IMG/VR virus record: IMGVR_UViG_3300020213_000027
Coordinates: 1-64,000 of that record
Direction: 5' to 3' (one strand)
DNA: 64,000 nucleotides
From: a virus
A program made the position numbers and the translations under genes. Every line of letters begins with the position of its first letter. Within the stretch, counting starts at the first letter, position 1. Shown here in pieces: positions 19,256 to 28,508 of this stretch. The notes beneath the pieces were generated by a model. That model was not told the DNA's origin and did no database searches. It saw only the letters and a list, made by a program, of their open reading frames with translations.

Positions 19256-19969
19256 CAAATATTCTCTTCGAAAATCGACGCTATCAAGACCACCAGATTC
19301 TTCTACTAATTTGTCAAATTCCTCTTTATCAATATTTGGATTATCGTAAATTGTTTTGGTTACTAAATTACCTTCAATCCTAGCTTTATTAAGATATTTA
19401 GTAATAAAAGGATGAATTGGGGATTTAGGAGGAGTGCTTGCTAAAATAATCTTACCTTTGGTAGTTGCAGTAGTTGGCAAAATAATACTTGTAACAATAT
19501 AAGGAAGATCCCCAACTAAGCCAGCCTCGTCAATAATAGCGAGATTTGAGCTACCACCTCGATTACTTTCAGCTCTTCCACCATCTAAGCCAATAAGTTC
19601 AATACGAGAACCATTAGGAAATACCCAAGCACCTTCTTGGGTCTTATACTCAGGCTTAAGTTCTATTGGACAGGTCTCAATGATCTCTCTAATAAGAGGT
19701 CTAATTATGTTTCTAGCATCTTTTTGCTTAGCGCAACAATACTTAACTAAAGAATTTGACTTTTTTAAACAAGTTTCTAGCGCTATTATACATAACGTAT
19801 AGGACTTTCCTAAACGTCTCGCACAATTCCAGACAACTATTTTCTCTTTACAATCAATATAGCTATTATAAAGTTCTTTTTGGACAGGCTTTAGTTGCCA
19901 ATGCAAAATGCCTTGATTCCACAACATGGCTCTAGCAGATTCTGGAGATATTTTATTTTGGTTTTCCAT
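19154..19969 (-). CDS. terL: terminase large subunit, ATPase half, ending in the N-terminal split-intein fragment
   Basis: ARRLGKS Walker A, IIDEAG Walker B, ASTP motif, FRREYL|C. Confidence 0.9.
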   Translation of the reverse strand: MENQNKISPESARAMLWNQGILHWQLKPVQKELYNSYIDCKEKIVVWNCARRLGKSYTLCIIALETCLKKSNSLVKYCCAKQKDARNIIRPLIREIIETCPIELKPEYKTQEGAWVFPNGSRIELIGLDGGRAESNRGGSSNLAIIDEAGLVGDLPYIVTSIILPTTATTKGKIILASTPPKSPIHPFITKYLNKARIEGNLVTKTIYDNPNIDKEEFDKLVEESGGLDSVDFRREYLCVEANTLLTIKDPEGKIRQLTIKELKYELSKNT

Positions 19970-20135
19970 TTATAATCCGATGTAAAGGATTTATCTCTTT
20001 TTTAATTTCTCTAGTAAATCCACAAAAATAGCACTTAAATAAGATATTTGAATCACTATACTTTTCTAAAAATCCTATATGACAATGTGGACATAAATGA
20101 TTTTTAAGAAATTCCTCGTAATTTTTATAAGACAT
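19953..20135 (-). CDS. small Zn-ribbon protein
   Basis: CPHC...CYFCG. Confidence 0.5.
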   Translation of the reverse strand: MSYKNYEEFLKNHLCPHCHIGFLEKYSDSNILFKCYFCGFTREIKKEINPLHRIINGKPK

Positions 20136-20555
20136 TTATTTTTTTGCTAACTCTAAAAGCTGTGAATTTGAATAGGGTAATTGCTTAGATCTACCTTCTA
20201 AGGTATTCCCAGCATTATCTTTTTTAATGAGTATTTTATTTTTTAAGAGTAGGTCTAATTTTTTAACTTCTTCAAGAGATAGTTCTTGTCCTAAACTCCT
20301 AGATTGCAAAATTTCAATTTGACCATCAATTAAAGCTTCTTCTGGGGTTTTTATAATTCTTTCTATTCTATTTTCCCCAATAATTTGTGTGGTATTGGTT
20401 AATAATAGTTGAAGATGCTTTATTTCTTCTTCTTGCTTGGATATTTTATTATTAAGTTCGATTATAGTTTTATTTTGAACTTCTAAGAATTTATTTTTTT
20501 CAGCTTCTTCTTTGAATTCTTTATGTAAATTCTTTATGTCGATAATATTGCTCAT
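20136..20555 (-). CDS. hypothetical coiled-coil protein
   Basis: 139-aa ORF upstream of terL. Confidence 0.55.
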   Translation of the reverse strand: MSNIIDIKNLHKEFKEEAEKNKFLEVQNKTIIELNNKISKQEEEIKHLQLLLTNTTQIIGENRIERIIKTPEEALIDGQIEILQSRSLGQELSLEEVKKLDLLLKNKILIKKDNAGNTLEGRSKQLPYSNSQLLELAKK

Positions 20556-20558
20556 AAT

Positions 20559-20819
20559 TTATTTTTTTAAATTAAATCCAAAATTTAATGAACTTACTTT
20601 ATCTTTCAATAGTTTATGTTGTTCTTCCATTTCGACTAGCCTATTTTTTAGATCTTTATTTACTTCAGGCTCTTTTTTATTGTGTAAAAAATGAAAGAAG
20701 CCATAAAGACAAGAAAGTGCAATGATTACAATAGCTTCACCTATGTTTGCACCTGTAAATAGTAGACGAACAAGAAAAGAAAGGAGTAAAAAGAAGGGAA
20801 GAGGCAAATATTTATCCAT
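20559..20819 (-). CDS. small membrane protein (2 TM)
   Basis: two hydrophobic stretches then a charged tail. Confidence 0.55.
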   Translation of the reverse strand: MDKYLPLPFFLLLSFLVRLLFTGANIGEAIVIIALSCLYGFFHFLHNKKEPEVNKDLKNRLVEMEEQHKLLKDKVSSLNFGFNLKK

Positions 20820-20960
20820 TAAATTAATCCTTTAAAGGGTATAATTATCAATAAAATCAACAAGTTAAAAAAAAATAAGTAGAGTGTGTGAACAGCTAGT
20901 TTTATTATATTTCCTTATTTAAGGATGTCTGCCTTACGACTCAAATATTCTCTATATACA

Positions 20961-20970
20961 CTTGTTAATT
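20961..20970 (-). promoter_or_regulatory. AATTAACAAG motif, copy 6, at the divergence point of the late and early arms
   Basis: exact 10-mer heading the whole minus-strand arm. Confidence 0.6.
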
Positions 20971-20976
20971 TTATAA

Positions 20977-21360
20977 ATGTCTGGTATAATATATATTATG
21001 AGCGCAAAAATATCTAAAAATGATAAGAGTTGGCTTTTAAACGTCATTAAGACTACAAGACCTCTAAATGATCTTGAATCAGCCCTTGTATTTACCACAT
21101 TTGATTCTGAAACAAATCAAGATATTACTATAATTGAGAAAGAGATTGAAAATGAGAAATTCTTAAAAAAAGTTTGTCTATACAAGCTATTAACTTTCAT
21201 CCCTGAAATTGGTTTTATAACTTTACTTTTTGATAAAAAGGTAAAAAAATCAAAAATGGAAGTGACTTCTTTATATTATAAATACTATCGTAATAAAATA
21301 AATTTAACAGACTTTCAAAATAAGTTGAAAATCTTACTAAAAGAAGGTAATATAGTATAA
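20977..21360 (+). CDS. hypothetical protein with FxxKL-type C-terminus
   Basis: ends DFQNKLKILLKE. Confidence 0.5.
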   Translation: MSGIIYIMSAKISKNDKSWLLNVIKTTRPLNDLESALVFTTFDSETNQDITIIEKEIENEKFLKKVCLYKLLTFIPEIGFITLLFDKKVKKSKMEVTSLYYKYYRNKINLTDFQNKLKILLKEGNIV

Positions 21361-21575
21361 TGAAAGCAATTTTAGAGTTTACACTTCCCGAAGAGAATGA
21401 AGAATTTAAAACAGCACAAAATGGAGCCAACTATTCCATTGCATTGTGGGATTTAGACCAATACTTGCGTTCTAAATTGAAATATGAAGAGCTTTCAGAA
21501 GAACAACACCAAGCATATCAGGATATTCGCGGCAAATTGTACGAATTAATGCAAGAAAGAGATATAGATTTTTAA
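21360..21575 (+). CDS. phage hypothetical protein
   Basis: MKAILEFTLPEE... ORF coupled to the upstream stop. Confidence 0.6.
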   Translation: MKAILEFTLPEENEEFKTAQNGANYSIALWDLDQYLRSKLKYEELSEEQHQAYQDIRGKLYELMQERDIDF

Positions 21576-21578
21576 AAG

Positions 21579-21655
21579 TTTTGGATCGTCTACGTCGGTT
21601 AGGATAGCTAGGTCGACAGAACCAGCAGAAAAAGGTTCGACTCCTTTTCCAAAAT
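21579..21655 (+). tRNA. tRNA-like element / pseudo-tRNA with aberrant anticodon arm
   Basis: acceptor TTTTGGA/TCCAAAA; D-arm GTCTA..GGTTAGGAT; T-arm AAAGG-TTCGACT-CCTTT; bulged anticodon stem, loop CGACAGA lacks U33. Confidence 0.6.
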
Positions 21656-21672
21656 CCCTTTATGAGGCCCAT

Positions 21673-21882
21673 ATGAAAAAAGAAGAAGCATTAAAAAGAA
21701 TTGAAACGGTGATTACCCAACTTGAGGGTATTTGTACTAATAAACTCATCGCTCAAATGATTATGACAGAGCTTGAATTTCTAGGTATGCTGCCTCCAAA
21801 AATCTCTAAAGTCAAAAAATATACAACTAATGGAAACATGTTTGAATCTATTGAGTATACAAATGAGTGGGAAAATACATGA
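21673..21882 (+). CDS. hypothetical protein
   Basis: ORF with GAGG RBS. Confidence 0.55.
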   Translation: MKKEEALKRIETVITQLEGICTNKLIAQMIMTELEFLGMLPPKISKVKKYTTNGNMFESIEYTNEWENT

Positions 21883-22259
21883 TTCAATTTTTTCACTTAA
21901 ATAAAGATTCTATTTTCTATTCTGGAATTGAATGTACTCTAGCTATTAATACTCCCACAAAATCAGAACTTGAGAAATTTCTCGAAAATCACTTAGAAAG
22001 TTTATATCTTCCAGTTGGAATTACTGTCAAATCTCCAAAAGATGTGTTTATTAAAAAAATTGGAAGAGAAGAGTCATTAAAAAATATACAATCTAGAGAG
22101 TGTTTTTTTGATAATCTTTCCCAAGATGGAACAAAACATGTCTATAGATTTAGAGCCTCTATTGCCCATGCAAGACATCATTTTATAGCCCATCTAATAT
22201 TTACCACAGTATTGGAAAGTGACAATGTTCAAATGATTACTGCAGAAATTTATCTATGA
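21867..22259 (+). CDS. hypothetical protein
   Basis: ORF in operon. Confidence 0.55.
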   Translation: MGKYMIQFFHLNKDSIFYSGIECTLAINTPTKSELEKFLENHLESLYLPVGITVKSPKDVFIKKIGREESLKNIQSRECFFDNLSQDGTKHVYRFRASIAHARHHFIAHLIFTTVLESDNVQMITAEIYL

Positions 22260-22513
22260 TTATTAATGATATGCCAGTTCTTGAAACTTTTAAAGATTTG
22301 ATGAATGAAATAGCTTATAATTGGAATTATCCAATTAATGCTATTATTAAAACAGAAGATGGTTGCTATGTAGTAGATAAACTATATATTCAAAAAGATG
22401 TGGTGTCCTATAAAACAAACCATTGGTATTTAGCTCCAGGAGTTTATGAACAATTTGAGATCTTCTATGGTCTTTTACATCCTATTAACTATCACGAAAT
22501 ACGAGAATTTTAA
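22256..22513 (+). CDS. hypothetical protein
   Basis: ORF in operon, ATGA overlap. Confidence 0.5.
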   Translation: MIINDMPVLETFKDLMNEIAYNWNYPINAIIKTEDGCYVVDKLYIQKDVVSYKTNHWYLAPGVYEQFEIFYGLLHPINYHEIREF

Positions 22514-23147
22514 CTTGAAAATAGTAGCAATTTCCGATACACATTCAATGCTAAATAAAGTATCCTTACCTGATGGAGATCTATTAATCCATTCTGGAGA
22601 TGCGACTTCTGTTGGTCAAATTATAGATATTGTAAAATTTAATCAGGAACTAGGCGGCATCAAAACCAAATATAAGCATGGTATTATCTTTATTCCTGGA
22701 AATCATGACTTTCTTTTTGAAAGAAATCAACAATTAGCTAGAGATATAATGACCAATGCTAAAGTTCTTATAGATGAGTCAGTTGAAATTGAAGGAATTA
22801 AGATCTATGGATCTCCTTGGCAACCAGAATTCAATAATTGGGCATTTAATCTGCCTAGAGGAGAAGCTTTGAAACAAAGATGGTCTACCATTCCTGATGA
22901 TACAAACATATTAGTGACGCATGGCCCTCCTTATGGTATATTAGATAAATGTCCTGATGGTTCTTTAGTTGGATGTGAAGAACTTTATAAAAGAGTTTTT
23001 GAATTGAAACAACTTAAGCTGCATCAGTTTGGCCATATTCACCATGCATGGGGAACTAAACAAATAGATAATATTACATTTATAAATGCATCCATTTGTA
23101 CTGAAAACTATAAACCGACGAATAAACCCTGGATAATTAATATATGA
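22446..23147 (+). CDS. metallophosphoesterase (calcineurin-like)
   Basis: ISDTH, HSGD, PGNHD, THGPP and FGHIH motifs; true start likely near 22514. Confidence 0.9.
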   Translation: MNNLRSSMVFYILLTITKYENFNLKIVAISDTHSMLNKVSLPDGDLLIHSGDATSVGQIIDIVKFNQELGGIKTKYKHGIIFIPGNHDFLFERNQQLARDIMTNAKVLIDESVEIEGIKIYGSPWQPEFNNWAFNLPRGEALKQRWSTIPDDTNILVTHGPPYGILDKCPDGSLVGCEELYKRVFELKQLKLHQFGHIHHAWGTKQIDNITFINASICTENYKPTNKPWIINI

Positions 23148-23347
23148 CAAGAACAATGCTTATTTTAGAAGATGCTTATGGTGATAAAGTTAGAGTTTCT
23201 CTTGATTCTATTCAAGGCTATAGAGCTTATCAAGCAGATATGACAGAAGTATATTTTCCAAATGTTTCAACAATTTTTAAGATTTCTGTTGAACAACTTG
23301 ATGCTATTTTGATTGAATGTTTATTTATGGTTAAAAAGGTACATTAA
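23144..23347 (+). CDS. hypothetical protein
   Basis: ORF in operon. Confidence 0.5.
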   Translation: MTRTMLILEDAYGDKVRVSLDSIQGYRAYQADMTEVYFPNVSTIFKISVEQLDAILIECLFMVKKVH

Positions 23348-23549
23348 TATGTTTACTCGTGGAGCCTTCTATAGGCATAAAAGCACTCTTGATACTGATA
23401 TATATGTAGTTAAAGTACAATATAGAGGAACAAATTATATTAAAATGAAAGTAAATTTTGTTGATAGAAAACATACAGGGATTTTTCAATTAAATTATCA
23501 TGCTAAAGTATTAAGAAAAGATTTTCATCTTTGGCAAAGAGTTCTATGA
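23313..23549 (+). CDS. hypothetical protein
   Basis: ORF in operon. Confidence 0.5.
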   Translation: MNVYLWLKRYINMFTRGAFYRHKSTLDTDIYVVKVQYRGTNYIKMKVNFVDRKHTGIFQLNYHAKVLRKDFHLWQRVL

Positions 23550-24097
23550 TATTTACAAGTCTAGATTTAGAGCTTAATAAAGAAGGAAATCAAACTACAG
23601 ACATAATCCAAATTGGAGCTGTCATTGGAAATATTTATACTGGGGAAATTCTAAAAAAACTTAGGCTTTATGTTAAGCCTTCAAAGCCTCTAGATCCTTT
23701 TATTATTACCCTTACTGGTATAAAGCAATCAGATATTGATGAAAAAGGAATAACTCTTCTAGAAGCTTACAATGAATTAAAGAAGTGCCATATTGATTTA
23801 AAGTCTCATCATAGCATTATTCAATGGGGTGGAGGAGATGAGAAGGAACTTAAAGAACAGCTGTTAAAACAAGGAATGCCTTTTTATGACTGGTGTTTTG
23901 GACGAACTTATTTTAATGTCAAATCTTTATGTCAATCTATCTCCAAAGCTAAGAAGCAAAAATTTCAAGGCGGATTAAAGAAATACTGCCAACGACATAA
24001 AGTAATTTTTGAAGGTCCAGCTCATGATGCGCTTCAGGATTCCCTTAATACCTTTAAACTATATGTAGATTTACTAAAGAAATTAGAAAAAATATGA
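23531..24097 (+). CDS. DEDDh 3'-5' exonuclease
   Basis: SLDLE, IIQIGAV, LTGI and HDALQDS motifs. Confidence 0.85.
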   Translation: MAKSSMIFTSLDLELNKEGNQTTDIIQIGAVIGNIYTGEILKKLRLYVKPSKPLDPFIITLTGIKQSDIDEKGITLLEAYNELKKCHIDLKSHHSIIQWGGGDEKELKEQLLKQGMPFYDWCFGRTYFNVKSLCQSISKAKKQKFQGGLKKYCQRHKVIFEGPAHDALQDSLNTFKLYVDLLKKLEKI

Positions 24098-24246
24098 GTA
24101 AATTAGATACTAAAAAGATTTATAAACGAGGAGTTCAAGCTCATGAATGGGCAGCAGACGTAAATCCCTCTAAAAAACAAAAAAAGCAAAAAGTAAAAGA
24201 GCGCCAAGACGGGAAGAAACAAATTAAGAAAGAGCAGTATGAGTGA
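24094..24246 (+). CDS. 50-aa basic hypothetical protein (not in ORF track)
   Basis: MSKLDTKK...; overlaps both neighbours. Confidence 0.4.
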   Translation: MSKLDTKKIYKRGVQAHEWAADVNPSKKQKKQKVKERQDGKKQIKKEQYE

Positions 24247-24558
24247 AGGAACAAAGCATGATCAAGGTAAGGAGCCAATTAGTTTGATTAGTTCAAAAGC
24301 TTTATTAGAATTGACCCGAGTTTTAGAGTTTGGTCAAAAAAATATGGAAGAGATAACTGGAGACAAGGCTTCAAATGGAGCCGTTGTTTTGATGCTACTA
24401 TGAGGCATCTTCTAGCCTATAATGATGGTCAGAGAGTTGATTCTGAAAGTGGGAGATCTCATCTAGGGCATGCTATGGCCAACATTATGTTCCTTATTGA
24501 AATGGAACAATCTCAAACTGGTGAAGATGATCTATGGAAAGGTTATAAAAAAGAATGA
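24239..24558 (+). pseudogene. dATP/dGTP diphosphohydrolase (DUF5664-like), frameshifted in an A7 run at 24336-24342
   Basis: KHDQGK..SLI...VLEFG-[shift]-KKYGRDNWRQG...MRHL...DSESGRSHLGHAMANIMFL; the -1 frame ends in an ATGA overlap with def. Confidence 0.8.
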
Positions 24559-25028
24559 CTTTAATTCATTATCCCAATCCTATATTAGAAACTCCTTGTA
24601 TTCCAATTAATAAAGAAGATAATATAGAACAACTTATTAAAGATATGACTGAAGTTATGATTAAACATAATGGTGTTGGACTTGCTGCTCCACAAGTAGG
24701 TCTTTCAAAACAACTCTTTATTATAAAAGATATTAAAGGTAATATTGTGCCTTTTATCAATCCTAAAATTATTGAAACTGATGGACAAACTATATTAAAT
24801 GAAGGGTGTTTATCTTTTCCAAATATATTTCTTCCTGTGGTAAGAGCTTCTTCTGTATTTATAGAAATAGATAGTATAGACTTATTAGAAAGAAGACGAA
24901 TAATGGCAGAAGGAATAGAAGCCAGAATCATTCTTCATGAGTTTCAACACCTAAAAGGTGAGACCTTTCTTAATAGTGTTAATAGACAATTAAGAAAATC
25001 TACTATAGCTAAAATGAGAAAGACATAA
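24555..25028 (+). CDS. def: peptide deformylase
   Basis: GVGLAAPQVG, EGCLS, HEFQHLKG. Confidence 0.95.
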   Translation: MTLIHYPNPILETPCIPINKEDNIEQLIKDMTEVMIKHNGVGLAAPQVGLSKQLFIIKDIKGNIVPFINPKIIETDGQTILNEGCLSFPNIFLPVVRASSVFIEIDSIDLLERRRIMAEGIEARIILHEFQHLKGETFLNSVNRQLRKSTIAKMRKT

Positions 25029-25029
25029 A

Positions 25030-25500
25030 ATGATTAAATACCTTGTATTGTTACTAGCTTCAGTTAATTGTAATGCTTATGAAGGCACTTTCTTCAAATA
25101 CGGCGTAGGATTAAATGAGGATATTAAGACAGTAAAGACATTTACTTTAGGATATCAAGCTCCTCTATTTGCTATTTTTGATTATCAACTAGAAGGTGGT
25201 ATGTTTAATGATAGTAGACAAACTCAAGGAATCATTGCATTTAGTAATATTTCTATAGGTGTGTCATCTTTTACTACATCTGGTATATACGCTAAAATAT
25301 TCTTTGGTCCGGCTTTAATAAGCCAAACAGATACAAGACTTAGCAGCATATTCGAATTCAATCATGACTTAGAATTTGGTTTTGTAGATAAAAAAGGTCT
25401 GTCAATTGGCGTTAACTATAAACATATGAGTAATGCTGGCATAGTTCTTCCTAATTATGGAAGAGACTTACTATTACTCAAAATTCAATTCCCTTGGTGA
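25030..25500 (+). CDS. PagL-like outer-membrane beta-barrel (lipid A 3-O-deacylase family)
   Basis: signal peptide; LSSIFEF; YKHMSNAGI..PNYG catalytic His-x-Ser motif; aromatic C-terminus. Confidence 0.7.
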   Translation: MIKYLVLLLASVNCNAYEGTFFKYGVGLNEDIKTVKTFTLGYQAPLFAIFDYQLEGGMFNDSRQTQGIIAFSNISIGVSSFTTSGIYAKIFFGPALISQTDTRLSSIFEFNHDLEFGFVDKKGLSIGVNYKHMSNAGIVLPNYGRDLLLLKIQFPW

Positions 25501-25503
25501 TTT

Positions 25504-25782
25504 ATGAAAGTAAAAATGAAGAAATATGAACAACTAGCAATAGAAAACTCTAATAAATATAAAGATTGGGCTCATGTTTGCATAGCAAAAGATGCATATT
25601 TAGAAGGATATAAACGAGCTCTTAAAAATGCTCAAGAATTTATAAATGAAAAGCGAATTGATTGTCAGTATTATTTGATGGAATTTGATGTTGGTACAGA
25701 AGAAGTTGAAATAGAATTTGAAGATGGGGATCATCAATTATCACAAAGAGCTTTAAATAAAATTGTTATTGACTCAAATTAA
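25504..25782 (+). CDS. hypothetical protein
   Basis: ORF in operon. Confidence 0.5.
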   Translation: MKVKMKKYEQLAIENSNKYKDWAHVCIAKDAYLEGYKRALKNAQEFINEKRIDCQYYLMEFDVGTEEVEIEFEDGDHQLSQRALNKIVIDSN

Positions 25783-25830
25783 ATAGTATGAGATTATTAT
25801 CTCAGATGCTTATTAAACAAGGAGAAATTA

Positions 25831-26886
25831 ATGACGCCTTCTAAGATATTTGATGTTCTTGATCTAGCCAAACGTGCTCGCAAACTTGGGGAAGTGTTTA
25901 ATCCTTTATTTGTAGGTCCTCCAGGCGTAGGAAAATCTCATATCGTTCAAGCTTGGGCTAAGAAGAATAATCTACCCTTTATTGATCTTCGAATCGCTTA
26001 TATGGAGGCACCAGATTTGATTGGCTTTCCTTCTATCGAAGTTAAGAATGGCCGACAAATTACAGTTCACAATCTTCCAGAATTTCTTCCATATGAAGGT
26101 GAAGGAGTTCTTCTTCTTGAAGAACCTAATAGAGGCACTTCAAGCGTTATGAATTGTCTCATGCAGCTTCTTACTGATCGCAAGCTTCATAAATATGAAC
26201 TTCCTGAAGGATGGATTATTGTTGGTTGTATTAATCCTGAAGGCGAGCATTACGATGTAAATACAATGGATGCTGCTCTTCGTGATCGATTTGAGATGTT
26301 TCAAGTAACGTATGATAAGCATACTTTTCTAGATTATATGAAATCTGCTAATTGGAATAAAGATATTATTAACTTTGTTGAAGCCGGACTTTGGACTTTT
26401 AAAACTCCCGAAGAACTTGGGAATTTGCCAGGAGCTAAGTACATTTCTCCTAGAACTAAATCTAAACTTAATGCAGCACTCAGAGCTGGATTTGCTCAAG
26501 AAGATGAACTTTTGATTTTTGAGACTGTTCTTGGAACAAATGTTGCAAAAGATTTTTATAACTTCAGACATAATGAATCTCCAGTAATGATGACAGATCT
26601 TAAAAAGAATCTAAAACAAGCTCTTGGACGTCTTAAAGTATTTTCAGATCCAAATAATTATAAAAATGGAATGATTTCTCTTACTGTTAAAGATATTCTT
26701 GAGGATAATACAATTACTGATGATATGCTTGCTGACGTAGTTAGAACAATTCCTGTAGAACAAGGAACAGTTCTTATTAGAGATCTAGAGCATAAACGAA
26801 ATGATGATAATATTCTCTCAAGAGTTTGTAAACAACATAAAGATGTAAAAGATCTCTTTAGATCTATTATGAAATATGGAAAATAG
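25831..26886 (+). CDS. MoxR/dynein-related AAA+ ATPase
   Basis: GPPGVGKS, LLLEEPNR, INP, MDAALRDRF. Confidence 0.9.
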   Translation: MTPSKIFDVLDLAKRARKLGEVFNPLFVGPPGVGKSHIVQAWAKKNNLPFIDLRIAYMEAPDLIGFPSIEVKNGRQITVHNLPEFLPYEGEGVLLLEEPNRGTSSVMNCLMQLLTDRKLHKYELPEGWIIVGCINPEGEHYDVNTMDAALRDRFEMFQVTYDKHTFLDYMKSANWNKDIINFVEAGLWTFKTPEELGNLPGAKYISPRTKSKLNAALRAGFAQEDELLIFETVLGTNVAKDFYNFRHNESPVMMTDLKKNLKQALGRLKVFSDPNNYKNGMISLTVKDILEDNTITDDMLADVVRTIPVEQGTVLIRDLEHKRNDDNILSRVCKQHKDVKDLFRSIMKYGK

Positions 26887-26931
26887 ATTATAAAAATTAT
26901 CTTTTTAAAAAGAAATTAGAGGGTATGGTCA

Positions 26932-28221
26932 ATGAGTGAACAAGAAGTTCCAATTTCAGATGATGAGAAAAAGAAAGCTTTACAATCAGCTATATTTCAT
27001 CTTAGTAATCAACAACCATTCTATGGAAGTTTAGTTCAAGAAATAACTGTAAAATATACTACTTTTATTCCAACTGCTGGCATAACTTATAATGTAAAAC
27101 AGCATCAATATGAAATTTATATCAATCCTTATTTTTTTCATAGTCTAACTACTGAGGAAAGAGTTGCTGTTTTTCACCATGAGATCCTCCATTTCACTAA
27201 TAAACACCTATTTCGATTACCTTTTACTGATGGGACAATTAGTAATGAAGATAAAAAGCTATATAACATAGCTGGTGATATGGCTATTAACCAATATATT
27301 ACAGGACTTCCAAAAGGTGGTGTTGAGGTAAAAGATTGGAAAATGAGTAATGGTTCCCCATTTGAACAGTACCAAAATATGGAATATTATTATGACTTGA
27401 TCAAAGAAGAATCAAAGAAGCAGCAGAAGAATAAAGATGGTGATGAACCTGGTGAGCAATCAAAAGACGGTAATGAAGAATCTAAAGGAACTAAAGGCAA
27501 CGTTCATGAGCAGTTAGATAAATATAAAGAATTTGATAGACATTTCTGGGATAGTTTGGATGAAGAAACTAAAAAGAAGATGTTAGAAGAAGCTAAGAAG
27601 ATTATTAAGCGTACTATAGAAAAGACTTCTTTTAGTCATAGTGTAGTTCCTGATAGTATTAAAGATCTATTATCTGAAATTGATTCTCTATCAGCCTCTA
27701 TTAACTATAAACAAATTCTTAAAAATACTATTAAACGAACTATATCTTGTGTTGATAGAGAAAGAACATGGAAGAAACCTAATAAGCGATATGGAGCTTA
27801 TAGTCCTGGAACCAAGGTAGGATCTCTTCCTAAATGCGCATTCTTTAATGATAGCAGTGGAAGTATTTCTATTAAAGAACAAAATGAATATCTTAGAATG
27901 ATGGATGAATTCCTAAAAGTAGGAACTAGAAGTTGTACTCTAGGATTTTGGCATACTTCTCTTTATTATAAAAAACCATATAAACGTGGAATAGAGCTTG
28001 ATCAAGAGGCTTTACAATCAGGTGGAACTGATGTAAGATGTGTATTGGAAGACATTAAAAAGAATAATTATAATCTTTCAATTATTTTTACAGACGGTTA
28101 TTATGATAATGTTGATATTAAATTAACTAATGAAATTATATGGATCATATCAAAAGATGGAAATTTAGATCATCCTTTAAAACATTTAGGTAAAACTATA
28201 GAATTGGATAAAATTAAATGA
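26932..28221 (+). CDS. putative metallopeptidase + VWA-like protein (DUF2201-type), partner of the AAA ATPase
   Basis: HHEILH, NIAGDMAIN, DSSGSI, GGTD, FTDGY. Confidence 0.85.
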   Translation: MSEQEVPISDDEKKKALQSAIFHLSNQQPFYGSLVQEITVKYTTFIPTAGITYNVKQHQYEIYINPYFFHSLTTEERVAVFHHEILHFTNKHLFRLPFTDGTISNEDKKLYNIAGDMAINQYITGLPKGGVEVKDWKMSNGSPFEQYQNMEYYYDLIKEESKKQQKNKDGDEPGEQSKDGNEESKGTKGNVHEQLDKYKEFDRHFWDSLDEETKKKMLEEAKKIIKRTIEKTSFSHSVVPDSIKDLLSEIDSLSASINYKQILKNTIKRTISCVDRERTWKKPNKRYGAYSPGTKVGSLPKCAFFNDSSGSISIKEQNEYLRMMDEFLKVGTRSCTLGFWHTSLYYKKPYKRGIELDQEALQSGGTDVRCVLEDIKKNNYNLSIIFTDGYYDNVDIKLTNEIIWIISKDGNLDHPLKHLGKTIELDKIK

Positions 28222-28508
28222 GTGACACACATACGTTTCAAGATTCAAGAAAGAAATTCACATTAACTGTTAAGATTGAATTTCTTAAAAAATGTGAGAA
28301 ACCTATTGAATATGATGCATACGATTTAAATAATAAGTTCTATATGTTTAAGTTTCTTCATAATCCAGCTGGACCCGCACTTATTCGACATGAAGATAAC
28401 TATGAAGAGTATTGGATTGACGGTAAAAATCTAGCCCATGCGAACCCTGAACTTAATAAAAAAATGAAACATACCAATAAATTTAATAAAAAATTAGAAG
28501 ATCTATGA
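28218..28508 (+). CDS. hypothetical protein with FxxKL tag
   Basis: LHNPAGPA...EYWIDG repeat-like unit; ends KFNKKLEDL. Confidence 0.6.
   Translation: MSDTHTFQDSRKKFTLTVKIEFLKKCEKPIEYDAYDLNNKFYMFKFLHNPAGPALIRHEDNYEEYWIDGKNLAHANPELNKKMKHTNKFNKKLEDL

Noticed and set aside
20136-20555. Terminase small subunit call by position
   Set aside because: No recognisable motif; left as hypothetical.
17999-20990. Reading CTTGTTAATT as a plus-strand -35 box (TTGTTA-17-TATAAT fits at 18000 and 20962)
   Set aside because: Most other copies lack a matching -10, while nearly all lie upstream of minus-strand genes; dual use at 20961 remains possible.
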